Shown one piece after another: positions 63,737 through 64,000 of a stretch of 64,000 bases of DNA. Each line of letters begins with the position of its first letter. Position 1 is the first letter of the stretch. Made by a program: the position numbers and the translations under genes. Source of the DNA: Trichormus sp. ATA11-4-KO1 (GTDB lineage Bacteria; Cyanobacteriota; Cyanobacteriia; Cyanobacteriales; Nostocaceae); the NCBI GenBank assembly GCA_019358915.1, contig JAHHIM010000010.1, forward strand, positions 32,001-96,000, read 5' to 3'. The notes beneath the pieces are model-generated. The model was not told the DNA's origin and did not search any database. It saw only the letters and a program-made list of their open reading frames with translations.

Positions 63737-64000
63737 ATGCTGCAAGTTGGCAAGGTCTCCCGCAAAGTGGGACAAAGTGGGACAAACTCTATATTTCTAT
63801 GAGCGCATTGGATTAATTCCAAAGCCCAAGAGAACTGAATCAGGCTATCGCTTGTACGAGGAGCAAGATATAGAGCGATTAGCCTTTATTACTCGTGCCA
63901 AAGCACTAGGCTTAACCCTTGAGGAGATCAAAGAGGTCTTATTACTTCAAAACGGCAAAGCACCTCCATGCCGCGAGGTTCATTCCAAACTGGTGAATAA
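63737..64000 (+). pseudogene. Heavy-metal MerR-family regulator, frameshifted; runs off window
   Basis: MLQVGKVSRKVG then, in a shifted frame, QTLYFYERIGLIPKPKRTESGYRLY...LAFITRAKALGLTLEEIKE...PPCREV. Frameshift at tandem CAAAGTGGGA x2. Confidence 0.85.

Noticed and set aside
1..64000. tRNA, rRNA, cas1/cas2/cas6, integrase or reverse transcriptase genes
   Set aside because: No supporting motifs seen by eye; they may lie outside the window.

Overview
Chromosomal window from a filamentous cyanobacterium, probably Nostocales (dense HIP1 octamer GCGATCGC, heptamer STRR arrays, plmA, plqA, DUF29). The left end (1-5.2 kb) holds the 3' part of a type III-D CRISPR-Cas operon: csx19, a terminal Cas7 RAMP and a helical Cas11-like protein fused to an S1/OB domain. 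It converges on a 6-repeat CRISPR array transcribed on the minus strand, which runs directly into a TM + REC-like (Cam2/NARF-like) membrane gene, followed by a toxin-antitoxin cluster. Most of the rest is core genome (era, rps1b, plmA, clpX-clpP-tig, asd-dapA-rnj, rpmF, ppx/plqA, xfp, ndhD, thrB/thrS, glycogen debranching enzyme). Small accessory patches interrupt it: an ECF sigma/anti-sigma islet, an IS1 relic, an orphan eCIS DUF4157 + AAA ATPase pair, TA cassettes, and many MITEs, SDRs and REPs. The most notable signals are (i) accessory-cassette junctions that fall exactly on HIP1 sites, including a TA cassette flanked by two allelic copies of the thrS 3' end, (ii) the array-coupled membrane effector and Cas11-S1 fusion, and (iii) an exact non-palindromic 17-mer in three unrelated intergenic regions. 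All family calls come from motif recognition by eye; no searches were run.
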